A stretch of 64,000 nt of DNA from Azolla caroliniana (GCA_043228905.1 JBHGNT010000001.1:27218001-27282000), one strand, 5' to 3'; positions 32,037 through 46,300 are shown, numbered from the stretch's first letter. Numbers and translations are program-made. Notes: a model not told the origin generated them from the letters alone.

Positions 32037-33625
32037 GTTTTTTTTTTGATAAAAGATTCACATTGGTATTAATGGAAAGATGCTCAAAGGCTACAAAGAA
32101 CTCATACAGGAAAACATAACCACCATACCCTCATCAACCAACATGTTGAGTAGCAAAAGCCCTCATGCATCTACTTGAGCAACTGAATTTCACACCTCTA
32201 AAATTGGGGTCCCTCCAAGACAGTGTCGTAAAAGTGTAGAGTTGTGTGTTGCAATTGCTGGGGTTCTATGACTCAGGGAGATTTGGGATGCAAAGCAACG
32301 GAATAGGAATGGAGAACTTGGTACTATATTATGCTTTATTGGGTGGTTGAATCCTGTCTACAACTGCTTTATCGGGTGGCCAAGTCCCGTCTACGACCTC
32401 TTCGTCATGTGGCCGAGTCTTGTCTATGACCTCTTCATCGCTCCTTCACGATCTCCTTCATCCATTGTGACCTCCTCCGTTTGCCTTCTGCTACTCTGCA
32501 GGGGAGGCGATGGGCTCCTTGATGTCGGATCTCCTCTGCTCACCGACTCCTTCTCTATCGGGTGGGGTGGGGGGGAGGGGATCAGACTCCTCGATGCCCC
32601 TCCCGTATCAGGGAGGGGACCTTTTATAGGTGGGGAAAGGCCCCCCACCTTCCTTCAAACCACCCTTCAAAAGGGCGGTTTGCAATTTCGCGTTTTTGTT
32701 TGTTTTTGTTTTTTTTCACACTTTTGCAAAATTGCAAACTTGTCTAAGGCATAACTTTGGCTCCCAGACTCCGATTGACAAACTGTAAAAACCTACGCAT
32801 TCCTCATCATCTCCTCTACACAATCTGATTACTAGCTCCACAATTGTAGTATCACTTCTCGTCGTCATTTGCAGATTAGCCTCGCATCTTCGTAGGACTA
32901 TATCTTTGTCATCCAACTTCCACTTTGTGATCTATAAAGTGCTTTGGCTTCCTCGTGGTAGACTCTAGATGATGAAGACCTATTTAGCCTTTTACAGTTG
33001 TTTGGACATCGTGAAGTATTAACTTCACATTTCACGACACCGGTGGGCGGAAAAAACCATCTTGGTGGAGCATATCTCCACTTTATTCTCTCCCCAAAAG
33101 AGGTGTCGACCTCTTCCTTTTTCCACATTTCTCTAAAATGTTGTTGCTAATGAAACACAACATCAGACTCGCCAATTATTGCCTCATATTGACCTCTTAG
33201 AGTATGCAAAAGCATCAACCATATCTCCTTGACTAACTCAACCGCATTCTGTTTGACTTTCTGAAATACACATTTACATCTTGTTTTCCACAATACCCAA
33301 ACTACTAAAGAAGATATTGTAGACCAAACCTTGTCCTCTACCAAATAGAGGATTGTTGTAGTACAAGAGACATCTAATACCTATCTTCCATCTAAGAGGA
33401 GAAGAAAATCAACAAACTCCTTTTCATAATTTTGTATTTCCTTAGCCAGCCTTCCCCATTTCACAAAACCTCACATGTACACCTATTTACCATAAACATA
33501 ATACAAAGTTCTCAACATTCTTTTCCAAACTGCTCTAGTAATAGGACATACCCATAAGACATGGTGAACGAATTCAATGGAAAAACCACAACTATCACAT
33601 TTTAAATCATGGTGATGCCCCCACC
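32037..33625 (-). mobile_element. Second LINE 3' fragment with poly(A) tail (poly-T at ~32037), split by an ~870-bp foreign insert (~32170-33040)
   Basis: 32050-32170 matches the LINE 3' UTR at 29115-29220; 33040-33625 matches 29235-29820 (WVLWKTRCKCVF, RIKWRYAPPRW). Confidence 0.85.
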
Positions 33626-33639
33626 ATTTGTTATTTGGA

Positions 33640-33840
33640 GAAAAAAGTCCACCCTTATCAAATTATAAGGGAATATGTCCTTTGGATTGAATGTGGCGAA
33701 TGTTATATAATATCCCACTCATTCTACATTACGATAGGTTTGTTTCTTATTCTAGAAGAGAAAGCAAGCCTCCCCCATGTAATCGTTGGCTCATTGTTGT
33801 TTGTTCAACCCACATCTTGTTTAATATAATCTTGCCTTAT

Positions 33841-33872
<32 letters not shown>

Positions 33873-33910
33873 ACACACACTTTCTATTAACTCTCACTAC
33901 AATGTTTAAT
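33640..33910 (+). mobile_element. LTR fragment related to 34984-35335
   Basis: Shares taagggaatat..cactcatt..cctcccccatgtaat..(ct)n aacacac blocks with 35068-35300. Confidence 0.55.
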
Positions 33911-34789
33911 GATCCTCATTAGAATTCCTTATGTGCATTATTCACATGATTGAATATTGGAAAAAAGCAAGGCACACGATACTTTCATCCAAGTTTTAGA
34001 CATATATCCCAATTGTCCATGCCATCTCATACTTATTAGATGCATATTTACAAAAAAGAGTGCTCATGTTAATACATGACAATGCATCATGATCTTTGCT
34101 CACAAAAATATGATGCTTAATGATTATCAGTTGTACAATGTGGATGATGCAAAAGTCCACCAATTATGTGATGAGCCTTTGGTGTAGCAATGTAGCATAT
34201 AAAAAGGTAACATTACATGTATATTTAGGAATAGCCTTCATTACACACATTGAGTTATATCAATATCTATTGATTTAGGAGCATATGAGCTATAGTTCTT
34301 GTTGTACCAATCTCTATCATAGTATGAACCATACATACCATTCGTGCATTCGCATTCGCGAATGTTTCAACCATTCGAGTATGATAAACACCCTCGAAGA
34401 ATGGTAAATACCATACTTTTGGATTAACTATTTATTATGAGGTAAATAAACCTAAAAAAAGGAAAAAAAACGTTAAAAAAGGGGGGGGGAAACACAAGAA
34501 TGTTTGAATAACATTCGCATTTGTTTTCGAACATAGGAAAACAAATGTTATGCTACACAAACACGAATTTTACTTACTATGATCTCTATTGCAATTGTGC
34601 TTTGTGACACTATTTCTTTCTCCACACCATTTATTATTCACTCTCATTTTGTCTCTCCCTTTGATACAATGCACTACAAATCGACCGCAGTCTAGTTGGC
34701 TTTGTTACACATCGTCAATCCAGATCATTACATGCACACGATCCTCTCATAATCAGAAATATTGTTTCATTGCTTATTCGTAAAATTCT

Positions 34790-35335
34790 TGAATATCGAG
34801 GGTCAATACTCCATACTTGATCATCAAACATTGGATATCTTTACCAAGGAACCTGGAATTGATTAATTCAAACAAGTTTTGAAAGTACTTGGCCTACATC
34901 CTCTTGATCTACCATGCGTGAATGCACGAGTGAAAGTAAGAGATCCAAACTAGTTGTATGACATACTTGAGCTTGAAGAGGAATGTTGAGATGTCAACCT
35001 CAACCCTACTTTACGTGCAAACACACTCATGGGAGACATGTGTGAAGTCAAACATTGTCATAAGTCTAAGGGAATATATCCTCTATATTAAATGAGTGAA
35101 TACTATATGATATCTCACTCATTATATTATCACGACAAAGTGGTTTAGGATTCTCTGAGAAAAGGCATAGAATGTAGTAGGTAAACCAATCCTCCCCCAT
35201 GTAATTGTTGTTGTTTTTTCAACCCTATTTTGTTTAACTGCCTCTCTCTCTGTCTCTGTCTGTCTCTCTCTCTCTCTCTCTCTAACACATATAACACACA
35301 CATGATTTATATTATCTTTGTTGCATTGTTTAACA
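34790..35335 (+). mobile_element. Copia 3' end: RNase H remnant, polypurine tract and 3' LTR (34984-35335)
   Basis: DHQTLDIFTKEPGID*FKQVLKVLGL resembles the Copia Q(L/V)ADIFTK motif; purine tract gaagaggaa directly precedes TGTTGAGATGTCAACCTCAAC; the LTR ends TTTAACA. Confidence 0.7.
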
Positions 35336-37784
35336 ATGCTTAATTGAACTTCCATACTCCTTTACATATGCGAAAGCATCCCATTATAAGATGAAATTAA
35401 TGAGGCACAAAACAAGAATTATTGGTCTTTTAACATTTTTAGTTAGTAGAATATTGCAAACCTTAGGCCAACTTGATACTACTTCTATGATGGAAAATAG
35501 AGGTGTGACCATTGGGAGTGGAATGATGGGTTCCAAGTTAGTGAAGTTCGAAGATTAAAGTCAAAAGCATACAATGCACGAGATTGTTGTACGTTGGAAA
35601 CTAACATAATTGAACCCTTTGTTCACCTAGTTATTGAGTTAGCCACTTGGCTATGTGATCATTTATCAATAAGCCACGAGCATATCTTTTTACCTTTCAT
35701 CTACAATGTTGCCTTAACTTGTCTTTGTACACATTGCTAGAGTGTACATCTAGATATATAAAGTCGACAAAAGATAAAATGTTACATTATACATACGGTG
35801 GCCTACTCTTATAATGAGCATTTTACATTAAATCTTGCCATTCTACCTTTGGTAATAAACATAAAATGCACCTTCTTTTATTGTTGGTTATATTGCATTA
35901 ATGTTCCCCTCCTCAATCCCAACATCTCTATATCATGATTAGTGCTCAATGGTGAACTAATTATCGTTCAGTACACTTCGTGTTACCATGATACGGGTCA
36001 TTTTTTAATTGTAAGAACTTCATAGCTTCCAATAAGGTAGGTATTCATGGAGAAACTTGAGAGGAAAACCTATTTTTGATTGTTAAAGGTATAATATTTA
36101 TAACTTTTACTGATTTATTCTATGTATCATACTTGCCATAAACCTTGAATTAAATGTTACAATGTCTTTTGGATAACCATATTGCTCACATTTTTATATA
36201 GAGAGAGATTTCCATACAATTACAGAGTTATGAAGAAGGTCTATGACATATAGCCTCATTAAATTGGAAACAGTAATTGTACACATTAGTATTAAGGTTT
36301 AGGAACCTCTTCGGAAGATCATTGAGAACAATTACCACTTAACTAGAGAGTATGATGGAAGAAAGCCTAATTATTGGGAAATCCAATTGGACTATTTTTC
36401 CACAATCATGATGAGATTTGTGCTTATGGAATGCTCGTTTTCATTGCCCAATGCCCATTTTACCGAGCCCTATATTAAAATAGAAATTGTACATGATGAC
36501 ACTAAATTTTATATATATATTTCCGAAAACAACACTAAAATTTATATTAATTGTTTGATTGTGTCATGAAATTATCGAGGTGAACACTCATCTATAAAAG
36601 AGACTACATGCACACCCTATGTTTATGAAGAATAAAGCGTGTGCTCCATATGGTATAAGACAATATCCATCACCTCCTTTGAGAGAACTAAATGCGTGCT
36701 TGAGTTTTATGGCTCACATAAGTAAGTTGTAACCATAGATATTGTATTAGATGTGTTGTTTCGCATCCTCGTGGAACATCTCGTCCCTAGCTAAATGAAT
36801 CGTTATTTCTATAATAATACAATATGTTAACAAGAATTAATGCATTGTTTCAAAAAAAGGATCAACAAAGATGGCATGCTACATGAAAAAATTGTTATTG
36901 TTTGGTTTTTCTTGTTTGATTGAAGTTCAATATCAAACATTTGACATTTTGCATTTGTGCATCTCTTTCCCATTTGATGATTGTATGCGTGTCACATGCA
37001 CATATTGACACGTAGATAAAATCACGTTTTCATTCATCAACTTTTTATCTAGACAAGGCTCCCTCAGATCCTTACCTTGATAAGTTACGAAGACAACAAT
37101 GAAAGATCAACATTTGGCCACATGATCATTCATTGTGTTGGTGATAGGCTTAAAATATTTGTGGTGTGTAGTACAAATTTAAGGTCATAGGATATCCGTC
37201 TTTGATTTTTATCAGAGAAATATGAATTCATTGAGGAAACTCATTAATTGTGAATGTGTGCTTTTAAGCTTTGTGGATAAGGATGCGGCGTTTCGACGCT
37301 CGAGAGTCACAAAAACACTAATTGCTGACAATTACATGCTCTTAGGCAAGTTATGAATGATAGATAATTTTACCGAATAAAGTCTGAAGTAAGTGTGTAA
37401 AGATTCCTCAACCACTCATGAGTGGGAAAAAAAATCGAGATTCTAGATGATTTTATCTGAAAAAGAAATTACTAACGAGTAACCAAATTAACATTTCGCC
37501 ATTGATAATTCCTATACCATAAAGTTCGAACCTCAATAAAGTCAATTTGGGAGTTTCTTTGTTTTTATTTTTTGAAGAATGTGTTCCCTCATGCCTAGTT
37601 GGAAAAGGTAATGCACGTAGACCTTTAGCGAAAGCTTATGGTATTACATCACTTACTATTGGAATCAAGTCTATATACGTTGCACCTTACAAAGGGATGG
37701 ATCCCTAGGTTTGTGTCCAAGTGCATGGTACCTTTTCGTGGGTCCTATTATCTATATTATCATGGTTCTATGTGAAATGTCTAG

Positions 37785-37921
37785 GATTCCATCCAAGTGC
37801 ATCGTATCTTTTGAATGTGTCCAACGAGAATCTTCTTAGGCGAATCTGGCTTGAATCCGTCGCGGATTGCATCCACGCAGCTGAATCTGTCCATATTCAG
37901 TGTATCGATTTCGATGGAATC
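37785..37921. promoter_or_regulatory. Cluster of GAATC/GATTC GARP (NIGT1-type) motifs upstream of the HHO gene
   Basis: GATTC at 37785; GAATC at 37828, 37842, 37853, 37883, 37917. Confidence 0.5.
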
Positions 37922-39575
37922 CATACGATCGTGCTTTTTCTTATTAAATGTGTAGATGAAATTAGCACCATGATATGCCCGCTTATTATATTCTTATCGG
38001 CATTATTGTGGTAACAATCTCTAAAAAATGCATAGTTGTTGATCGTCATGCAAGCACCTAGCATTCCATGATTCACCCTTTAGGTTGATCAATGATTTTT
38101 TCTCATTTACTTACAAGTTCTTTTCCTCCGTACATGACAACCTAATAATTGGTTAGTGTGTGTATCTAGGTCATCTAGAAGTAACTCTAATGATGTTTCC
38201 TACAAGAACCATCTCGTTATCAATGAGAACGCATTTGTTACTAAGGTTTGTATGTGAGATCAAATTACATATATTTACATGTTTTGATTCGTTTCACATA
38301 CACAAATATGTACTCTAATAGTTTTGGCTTTGAGGAAAGGTTTCCTATGTATTTCCAAAAATGCTAAGAATAAAAGCATTCTGATGTTCACTATCATGAC
38401 CATCTCTCTATCGATTGAAAACACATTTGATAAAGACACTTGTATGTAAAGTCAAACAATACCTATTAACAAGCTTGCTTAAACTTGGCTAGGTAGTTCG
38501 TAGCTCATGTGCATTCATGTTTGTGGTCATCAATTTTGGCTTTGGGCAAAAGTTGAGAGGTTCAAATTTGATTTAGAATATTGGTATTTGGATGGCATAT
38601 CCAATATGTCAATGGGGCATTGTTTGCGAGAACTTCATAGGCAAATTGGGGCAAATTAGTTGCTAGAAATCAGGTAAGTTTGCAACGAGTAGTTTTTGAA
38701 GAGTTCAACGTGAACCACTTTGGCATGCAACTTTCTAGGTCAGTCAATGCAACATTTACCTGTATCCAACCCCGAAACTCTTAGTTAAGCCAAGGATATA
38801 CTTAGCCCAAGCATGAAAGACAACTAAGCATGCCTATAACTTATTTTGTCAAACCTACCGAGCAATATACTACGAGCTAAGTCTTCTCTTGTAATTTACA
38901 TTCTCGTGTGGTCCATATTGTTCATCTTAATGGGTCGTGGGTTACCGACCGACAATGGTAACCGAGGCGAAGCAAGGCTTTGTCGGGGTGAGGGAGAGTG
39001 TCAAAGAGGCGAGTATACGTTTCATATACGTATACGTTTGATCTTCTTCTCGTTTTCTCTTATGATTGAAAGAGAGGGGATTAAAAAGCAAGGCATCGTT
39101 TGTGATTAACCATTGGCCCCAAAGAAACATTAACTACATGCACTACCTTTGTCACTTTTGCTTAGGATTATCATATGCTTTTATGCCTAGCCCATGATAC
39201 ATATACATTTCTTTTCTTCTTCTTCTTCTTCTTCTTCTAATAACTTGATTCTATAGTTAATTCAAAAGAAATTTCAACTCATATATATTTGCAAGTTACA
39301 AATTACAATGAACCCCTTAGTAATTGTAAATTAGCCCTTCTTCTTCTGTTTATCTCTACTTTTAGCATATAAAAGGCATCCTTAAGTTAATGATCATAGT
39401 GTCAACATACTAACCTCATTCTTATACACCCATTTCCTTCTTAGTGTATGTTAGTGTTTGAAGTTAATTAAGAAAAGCAATGGAACATATCTAAATTTAA
39501 GCATATATATATAGGAGCATCTAATTCTACTGAATCCATCACTTGAAGCCATTACAATACATTTGAACCAACACA

Positions 39576-42037
39576 ATGGGCTCTCTGGCAGAGCTAACTT
39601 TGGGCAGACCCTCCTCCTCATCCATTACTAGTTATAAACATGGTGTTAATGATCATCTTGAGTCCGACATCGAAGAACATAATAGCTATGCGAACAAGAT
39701 CGATCAGATCCACACTTACTTGAAATTGCTCGAAGACGAACGGAGAAAGATTGATGCTTTCAAGAGAGAATTGCCCATATGCATGCAGCTTCTCAATTCT
39801 GGTTGTCATTCATCATTAATCCCTAAATGTTCTGTCAATGTTAGCCCTAGTTAAATAGTGATGTTAATGTTAGTTTACATATATTTATGACTCTGTTTCT
39901 GATGGGAGTTTCTTCTTCTGATAATTTTAGCCATAGAGAATTCCAAAGGAGAGCTTTGGGATTATAACCATGGATCAGATCATCAAACAGCCGCGGCAAC
40001 TAGGCCAGATTCTTCTGAATCTGGCCTCGTTGATCATGAAGAAAGATTTGTTCCATTGACCATGAAGAAGAGGTCACCAGTTCAAAACCAGGCTAATCCT
40101 TCTGGTGATCAAACAAATGCACTGAATCAAAATGGGTTAATGTCGAAATCAAAACAATTGAAAGAGACTAGATTTTGGAGCCCATCAGAAGCCTATGCTC
40201 ATGGACAAGAGGTAAAAGAAACCCCAAGCATGTGCATATATATTCACATTCAATTTTCATACAAATCTACCATTGAATTTGATCATATATTACATACAAC
40301 ACTTTTTGATCTAAGGCACTGATTTCATGTGGTTTTGTCCTTGGTCTTCTTCTTTTTTTACAATGCCCCCAGATGTTAGCATCTATAATGACCAAGGAAC
40401 CACAACAAATGGTGAAGAGAAGGGCAACCAATATTTGCCCTAGTTTGGGAGAGAGCCGAGCTTCTTGTAGCCTAAGTAGCGAGGCCATGTCAAATCCCGA
40501 CCTCCGCTCGCCAGAACGGCCCCGGGGTGCATTCATGCCCTTCCCCTGTAAAAATCAACATCTTATAAAGAGGTCTTCTTCTTCTACTACTACCACAACA
40601 ACTATTGTGGAAGGTGGTGACAATATCATGCTTAATCCACCCATGTTCTTGAAACCACATTGTTGTGACGATAATGAAGGAGCGAATATGAGCCACAGGC
40701 CTGATAATCCTCCATCCTTCTTAACACACGAGTACTCGGATCATAACGCCGACAATGCAACTGGCAGTGCCGACCAATTCGATCAAGCGTCCTTGGGAGA
40801 AATCGATGAACCAACTCCTACCACTAGTAGCAGTCTCCAACACCATGATGAGATTAATCCCAAGGAGGTTAATGCCAATCATCGCATAAATGCACCTATG
40901 CCTGCCTCTCGTGGTGGTGGTGGTGGTGGTGGTGGTACAGTACTACCAAATGAGCCGTCGAGGAAGCGGAGGCGATGTTGGTCTTCGGAGCTTCATCGCA
41001 AATTTGTGCATGCCCTTCAAGTGTTGGGTGGATCAGAAGGTATACATATATCCATATTTTTTGTTTAATAGACCAGATAATTTGAGAAGGTAAGAAGATT
41101 CTAGAGGGCTTTTTAGTTTTATTTTTATCATTACCACTTGGAATACCCTAGACAGTACTTGATCATCTATACTCTTTTCATTCTAGAATCTTCTAGATCT
41201 TTGGTCATCCCAGAAACCCATAGTTATGCATTATCTGTCGAACCGGAAACTTGTCGATCTTTCGGGATAGAGTTTGAAGTCCATCTTGATCATGACATCA
41301 CAAAACCCTAAATTCATAAACCATTGCGATTGCGATTCTTTAGGTACATACTTGTAACCACATTGCAGACATTTTCTCCGAAACAATTACTGTAATGATC
41401 AAACGATTTGGGGCTTGATATTTATTGTATGCGAGATCAACAAAATTTGATGAAAAACTCTCATGTATAACATGATCTTCATTTCTATGGCCCATACAGT
41501 TGCGACTCCGAAACTCATCCGCGAGCTAATGAAAGTGGATGGGCTAACAAATGATGAAGTGAAGAGCCATTTGCAGGTGAGAAGCAAAACAAAGCACCGA
41601 GATTTATAACAAAAAATCTAGTTTTTACAAGGGGCAAAAAAAACAAGATTGTTTGCTACTAATCAAAATGTGATAAGATCAACAGTGTGAGGGGATTTAT
41701 ACTGATGCCATGTATTGGTTTTACATTTCAGAAGTATAGACTACATACAAGAAGGCCCAATGGGTGCTCAGGGGAGAGAACAAAAACTCAGACTCCACAA
41801 CTGGTGGTGTTAGGAGGTATTTGGGTACCCCCACCTTCCCAGAGCTCTTCAGAGGACCCTTCATTTGCAGCTACACAGTCATTAGATAGGCAAGCTGGGG
41901 AGAGTGATCAAGATGCCATGGATGAGGGATGTAGTTGGATCAAAGGTGGACCATACATCACCACCCAAAGCCGAAAGTTGGGATTGATGCATCTGGGTAT
42001 CCATCATGGAGAGTTTTCTTATGTTCAAAACCATTGA
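39576..42037 (+). CDS. HHO: GARP/G2-like MYB transcription factor, HHO/HRS1/NIGT1/EFM family; 5 exons, ~518 aa
   Basis: Exons 39576-39801, 39931-40211, 40373-41039, 41500-41576, 41732-42037 (1557 nt). [111 protein letters not shown]. Confidence 0.95.
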
Positions 42038-45000
42038 TTTTCTATGTTACATCTGAATCTTCAAAAATGTGGAAAACACCCTCCTCAAATACTATAAATT
42101 TGGTCTACACTGACATTAACCTTCCCTTGGGGGCTAAAATCAGAGTTTACTACCCAAGATGAAGTGCTCTTAGACTCTCTCATTATTGGTGATTCGGGGG
42201 CACATGTGGCCTTGTTAATCTACCTGTTGCCTCAAACTATAGCTAACTCATGATTCATGGTCTTCTTTTGTTTGAGAGATTGCATATGTATAATATAACA
42301 CCAGCTTCTTGCTAAAGTTTTTCTCCCCACTTCTGTTCTCCCCCCCCCCCCCCCCCAAAACACAGTTGGAAACACATCTAAGATATAGAGTGGACATCAT
42401 CATGTAGCAGCCATTATACTTTCAGAAGTAAACACTCTTAAACTTGATTTTTCATGCAATTTTCCATCCCTGCGAACATTTGAAAATCGGCTTCGAACTT
42501 CGAATAAATTGAGGTTAAGAGAAATCATCTACATGTTGTTTCTAGGATAAACGTCTCCAAAAGCATTGTGAGGTTCACTCTGGAAATTTATATGTTGTCT
42601 AGCACTGCTTAAATTGATTGGTACGAAAGCATGCTTCTGTTTTAAACATCAATCTGTTTTAGACATTAATCAGTTTCAAAGCATTCTCAAAAGTACAAGC
42701 AAAAGACTTTGAGCATTTTGATTGTATTGTTTACCAACGGTTTGGTGGTGACTATATACACAATTTACCTATTGCTTTTCATTTTAACAAAGAGAATTAA
42801 ACTACTTTCATTACCTACATTCGTCCAAATATAACTAGAGCCAATGTCATGTCTATCTTTTGCAACGCTTTACTTTATGTATGTACTTCAATCATCTTGG
42901 CTTTTCTCTTTTTCTTTTATTGGGGTCTTATCCATTATTAGCTCTTTGGGCCTTTTTAATGCCATGTTTTCAGGTACAACTTTCTTTATAGTTCAAATCA
43001 TTATCTTTCGCTAAAAGTAGATAGAAGGAAAACACTTCCTCAGGGAAATTGAGTAGATACCAATGTCACAGAATGCTTTCTTTTCAAACAATTTGTGCCT
43101 AGGTCTTACTCTTACTCCCCTCTATATGTGATTTTATCTTGCATCAGTAGCTAGAAATAGAAGTTATCCACTCCACAATTTTCATAGGCCAATGACTTTG
43201 TGTCACATCAACATGGGTTCACTTGAGCACATGGTCAAAACATGGATCTTCATCCAAGCACCAAGTTAGTATGTACTGAGTTGGAACTAAGTCATACATT
43301 TATATCAACATTATTTATGGTAATGCTTAAAAAACCTCGTTAACTTGATCGGAGATTGCATTGAGTTGATTGGAGAGTTCAAACTCGCGTCGTACATTGA
43401 CATGAATATAATTTATGGGACTACTTAAATTAGTGTTTGAGTTTATTGGAGATTATATTGCATGGTTACACAATATTCACAAATCCCCAACATCTCATAA
43501 GAATGTCACATAATTAAGAAATCATTTGGTATTACAAAGGACCTCAAAGAAAGAAAACTAAAAGATCAAAAAGTATTCATAAAATAGTAATGTGAGCCAA
43601 TTGTAGAAAGGATCAATAAGATGCCCAAGAAATGTTTATTGCTTGGACAAGTCTATATTAAATATTTAATCAATTCTTAAATCAATATATTAAATATTTA
43701 ATCAACTCCAAATCCTATCATTACATCTTCTCCATATATAGAGGAGGAAACATTATGCCCATGTTGAAAAGTGACAATAGTAGAAGGCCTAGCTGAAAAT
43801 GCCAAATATGACCTTTTCAATGTGCTAATGTAAATTTCCCATGTTCTCTCCAACATTCTCTTTGTTGGGCATAAAAATTGTGTGAAATCAGCAACCAATT
43901 ATCATAACAAGAGAACAAGTCATCATAGAGATCCTAGACATGGTTGATGGTGATTCATTATCTCTTGCCATTAAACTTGAAGTTTGGAGATTCTTACATT
44001 TACTTGCAAAAATTTAAGCATCATAATTTTGGTAATTGTCAGTTTAAATATCATTCAAAGGATGATGGCTTACATATTTATGAGTGAAGACCCTTTAATA
44101 ACTTGCTAGAAGAACATTGAAGCAAATGAATACCCAATAGAAAACTCCCGTGAAGTTAAGAGAGGAACGGATGTCATGTGCCATTGAGGTATGAGCAAAA
44201 GCCAAACCCTTAAAAACCCTAGAAAACTACAAGTAATGTGATGCCCAATATACAAATTAATATCATGTTCACAATTCAACTTCGAGCATAAATGATATTC
44301 CCTATAAACGATCACCAATTACTCACAAAATACATTTTTGTCAATTTCGATCACCAATGCATTGGAATGTTTGATCCATTTATGGTATCTCTCAACATTA
44401 ATGGGATTGCATTCAGATAAAAAAGGTGTGGTAACTTACCCTATATGCATGTGTTCCAACTATTTGATGGAGCTCATAAAGTTTATCACTCACTTTTATA
44501 AGGAAGGAATAGACCAACATTGGTTGCCTAGTTTTATTATTATTATCATGTAATTGGTTTTCTTATGTTCATCGATAAGATGTTCTCTTTACTAAAAAAC
44601 TACAACAATGTAAAGTACTTATGAAAATGTTTTAGGATTAGATGAGAAGAATAACATGTTATCCCAATAGAGAAATAGCATAACCAAATGTTTGCCTAAT
44701 GTTGGTCTTCAAAAGTTCTCCCTTGTGCCACTTGCATGATGAAATCTTGTGAGTGGTGAAATGACATAAGCCAAAACCAATAGGCAGGAGTGTGGGAACC
44801 TTTGATTTATGCCAAAATTACTTAAAAATTAGTTGGAGAACCTCGTGTTGTATTTCTAGTATACATCACAAGTAATAAAGTTGTGCCACTAGAGTTCTTT
44901 GAGGCCTTTTCGTGGTATCATAATGATGCGTGCCAATTATCAACAAGGTTTTCTGACAAATTGTTGAATGCTACATTCTAGGGTGCCATGTAATCAAGTA

Positions 45001-45589
45001 GGACATTTTGGTAAGATTTGAACTTGAGGCATGGGATACAAAAAGTATAGCTAAGGTTCAATCCTTGAAAATGAAAAGATCTAGAAAACACATGATCAAA
45101 CAATTGTGATTGGACAATACTTTTTATCCGAATTGTTATTGGAAGGAATAAAGAGTCAACTAAAGAAATTGGTTGTATTGAGGTTGTGGGGACTATGAAA
45201 GATGCCATAAATATGTCTATAATCTAGGATTAGCATGTGATCATTTGGAGCAACATGGTATGGGATGATGGGAAGGTTTGGACCTATTGACAATGAAATG
45301 GAATAAAGGTAAAGCATTGATGATGGTTGTGTAGAACTCGTGGTGCAATAAGATTGCAATTACAATGCTTCATTATGTTATAGATAGTGTGTGGTCTTTA
45401 TAAAAACAAGGTATGGGATGATTAAGCCTTGATGTATAGATGGTTGATCGAAAAAGAAGAAAGAAAAGGCCTTGTCAAATAAAGGAGTGAATGTGTGCCA
45501 CAATAATAATATAACATTTTGGGATCATGAGGTCATTAATTACATGCTTTGATTACAACACATAGTTTGGGAAGAAAATGTGGTATATC

Positions 45590-46300
45590 ACTTTGTTATA
45601 AAACACGATATCTTAATTTCTTGTTGATTATCGTGAAGCATGACCGTTTCACCAATGCACCATAGCAAGTTTTGAATCACATCATACATCTTGTCAACAC
45701 CTTCAATGGCTATTCCATCACACATTGCATCAACTTGTCATTCTTTGATCAGTTGAGGGAGCTATTTTGGTTTTGTGCTTACTTTGATTCCTCGTCCTTG
45801 TTGGAATTGTTGGTCTTTGGTGCCATAAGACATTCATTTCCATGTGTGATAAAATATTCGTTGAGGGGGAATAAGGTGGTTATTCTAGCTCTCCAAATTG
45901 TTTCAATTTGAGAAACATATATGCTTAATGCAGATATTGCTCATGGTTTTATGTTTGTAGTAAAAAAACCTTCAAATTCTATTGTTTTTCTTATATTATT
46001 GCGTATCATTGATAAAAGGAATGCAAGTGGGGTTTTCTTCATTTCTAGGGGTGATCAATATACATTGGTGTGGAAGGTTCTATCATCGTGGGACCATCTG
46101 AATTTATTCCCATCATGTGACATTTGAACTTTCATTCCGTACCAATTTATGTGTTTTATTTCAATCTTGATATATAATGCACACTCATATTTACGTTGGA
46201 TACAAGTGGCAAGATTGATATTCTCTTCTTCCTTAATCACATCTTTGAAATTTGTGTAGCCCTAAATGAACCAAATTCCGTAAACTTCACATTTTCTTCC
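45590..46300. mobile_element. Highly decayed Ty3/Gypsy-like remnants
   Basis: Weak motifs: FTNAP-like (+, ~45648) and FKDVIKEEENINLA..RKYECAL (-, ~46180-46250). Confidence 0.3.
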
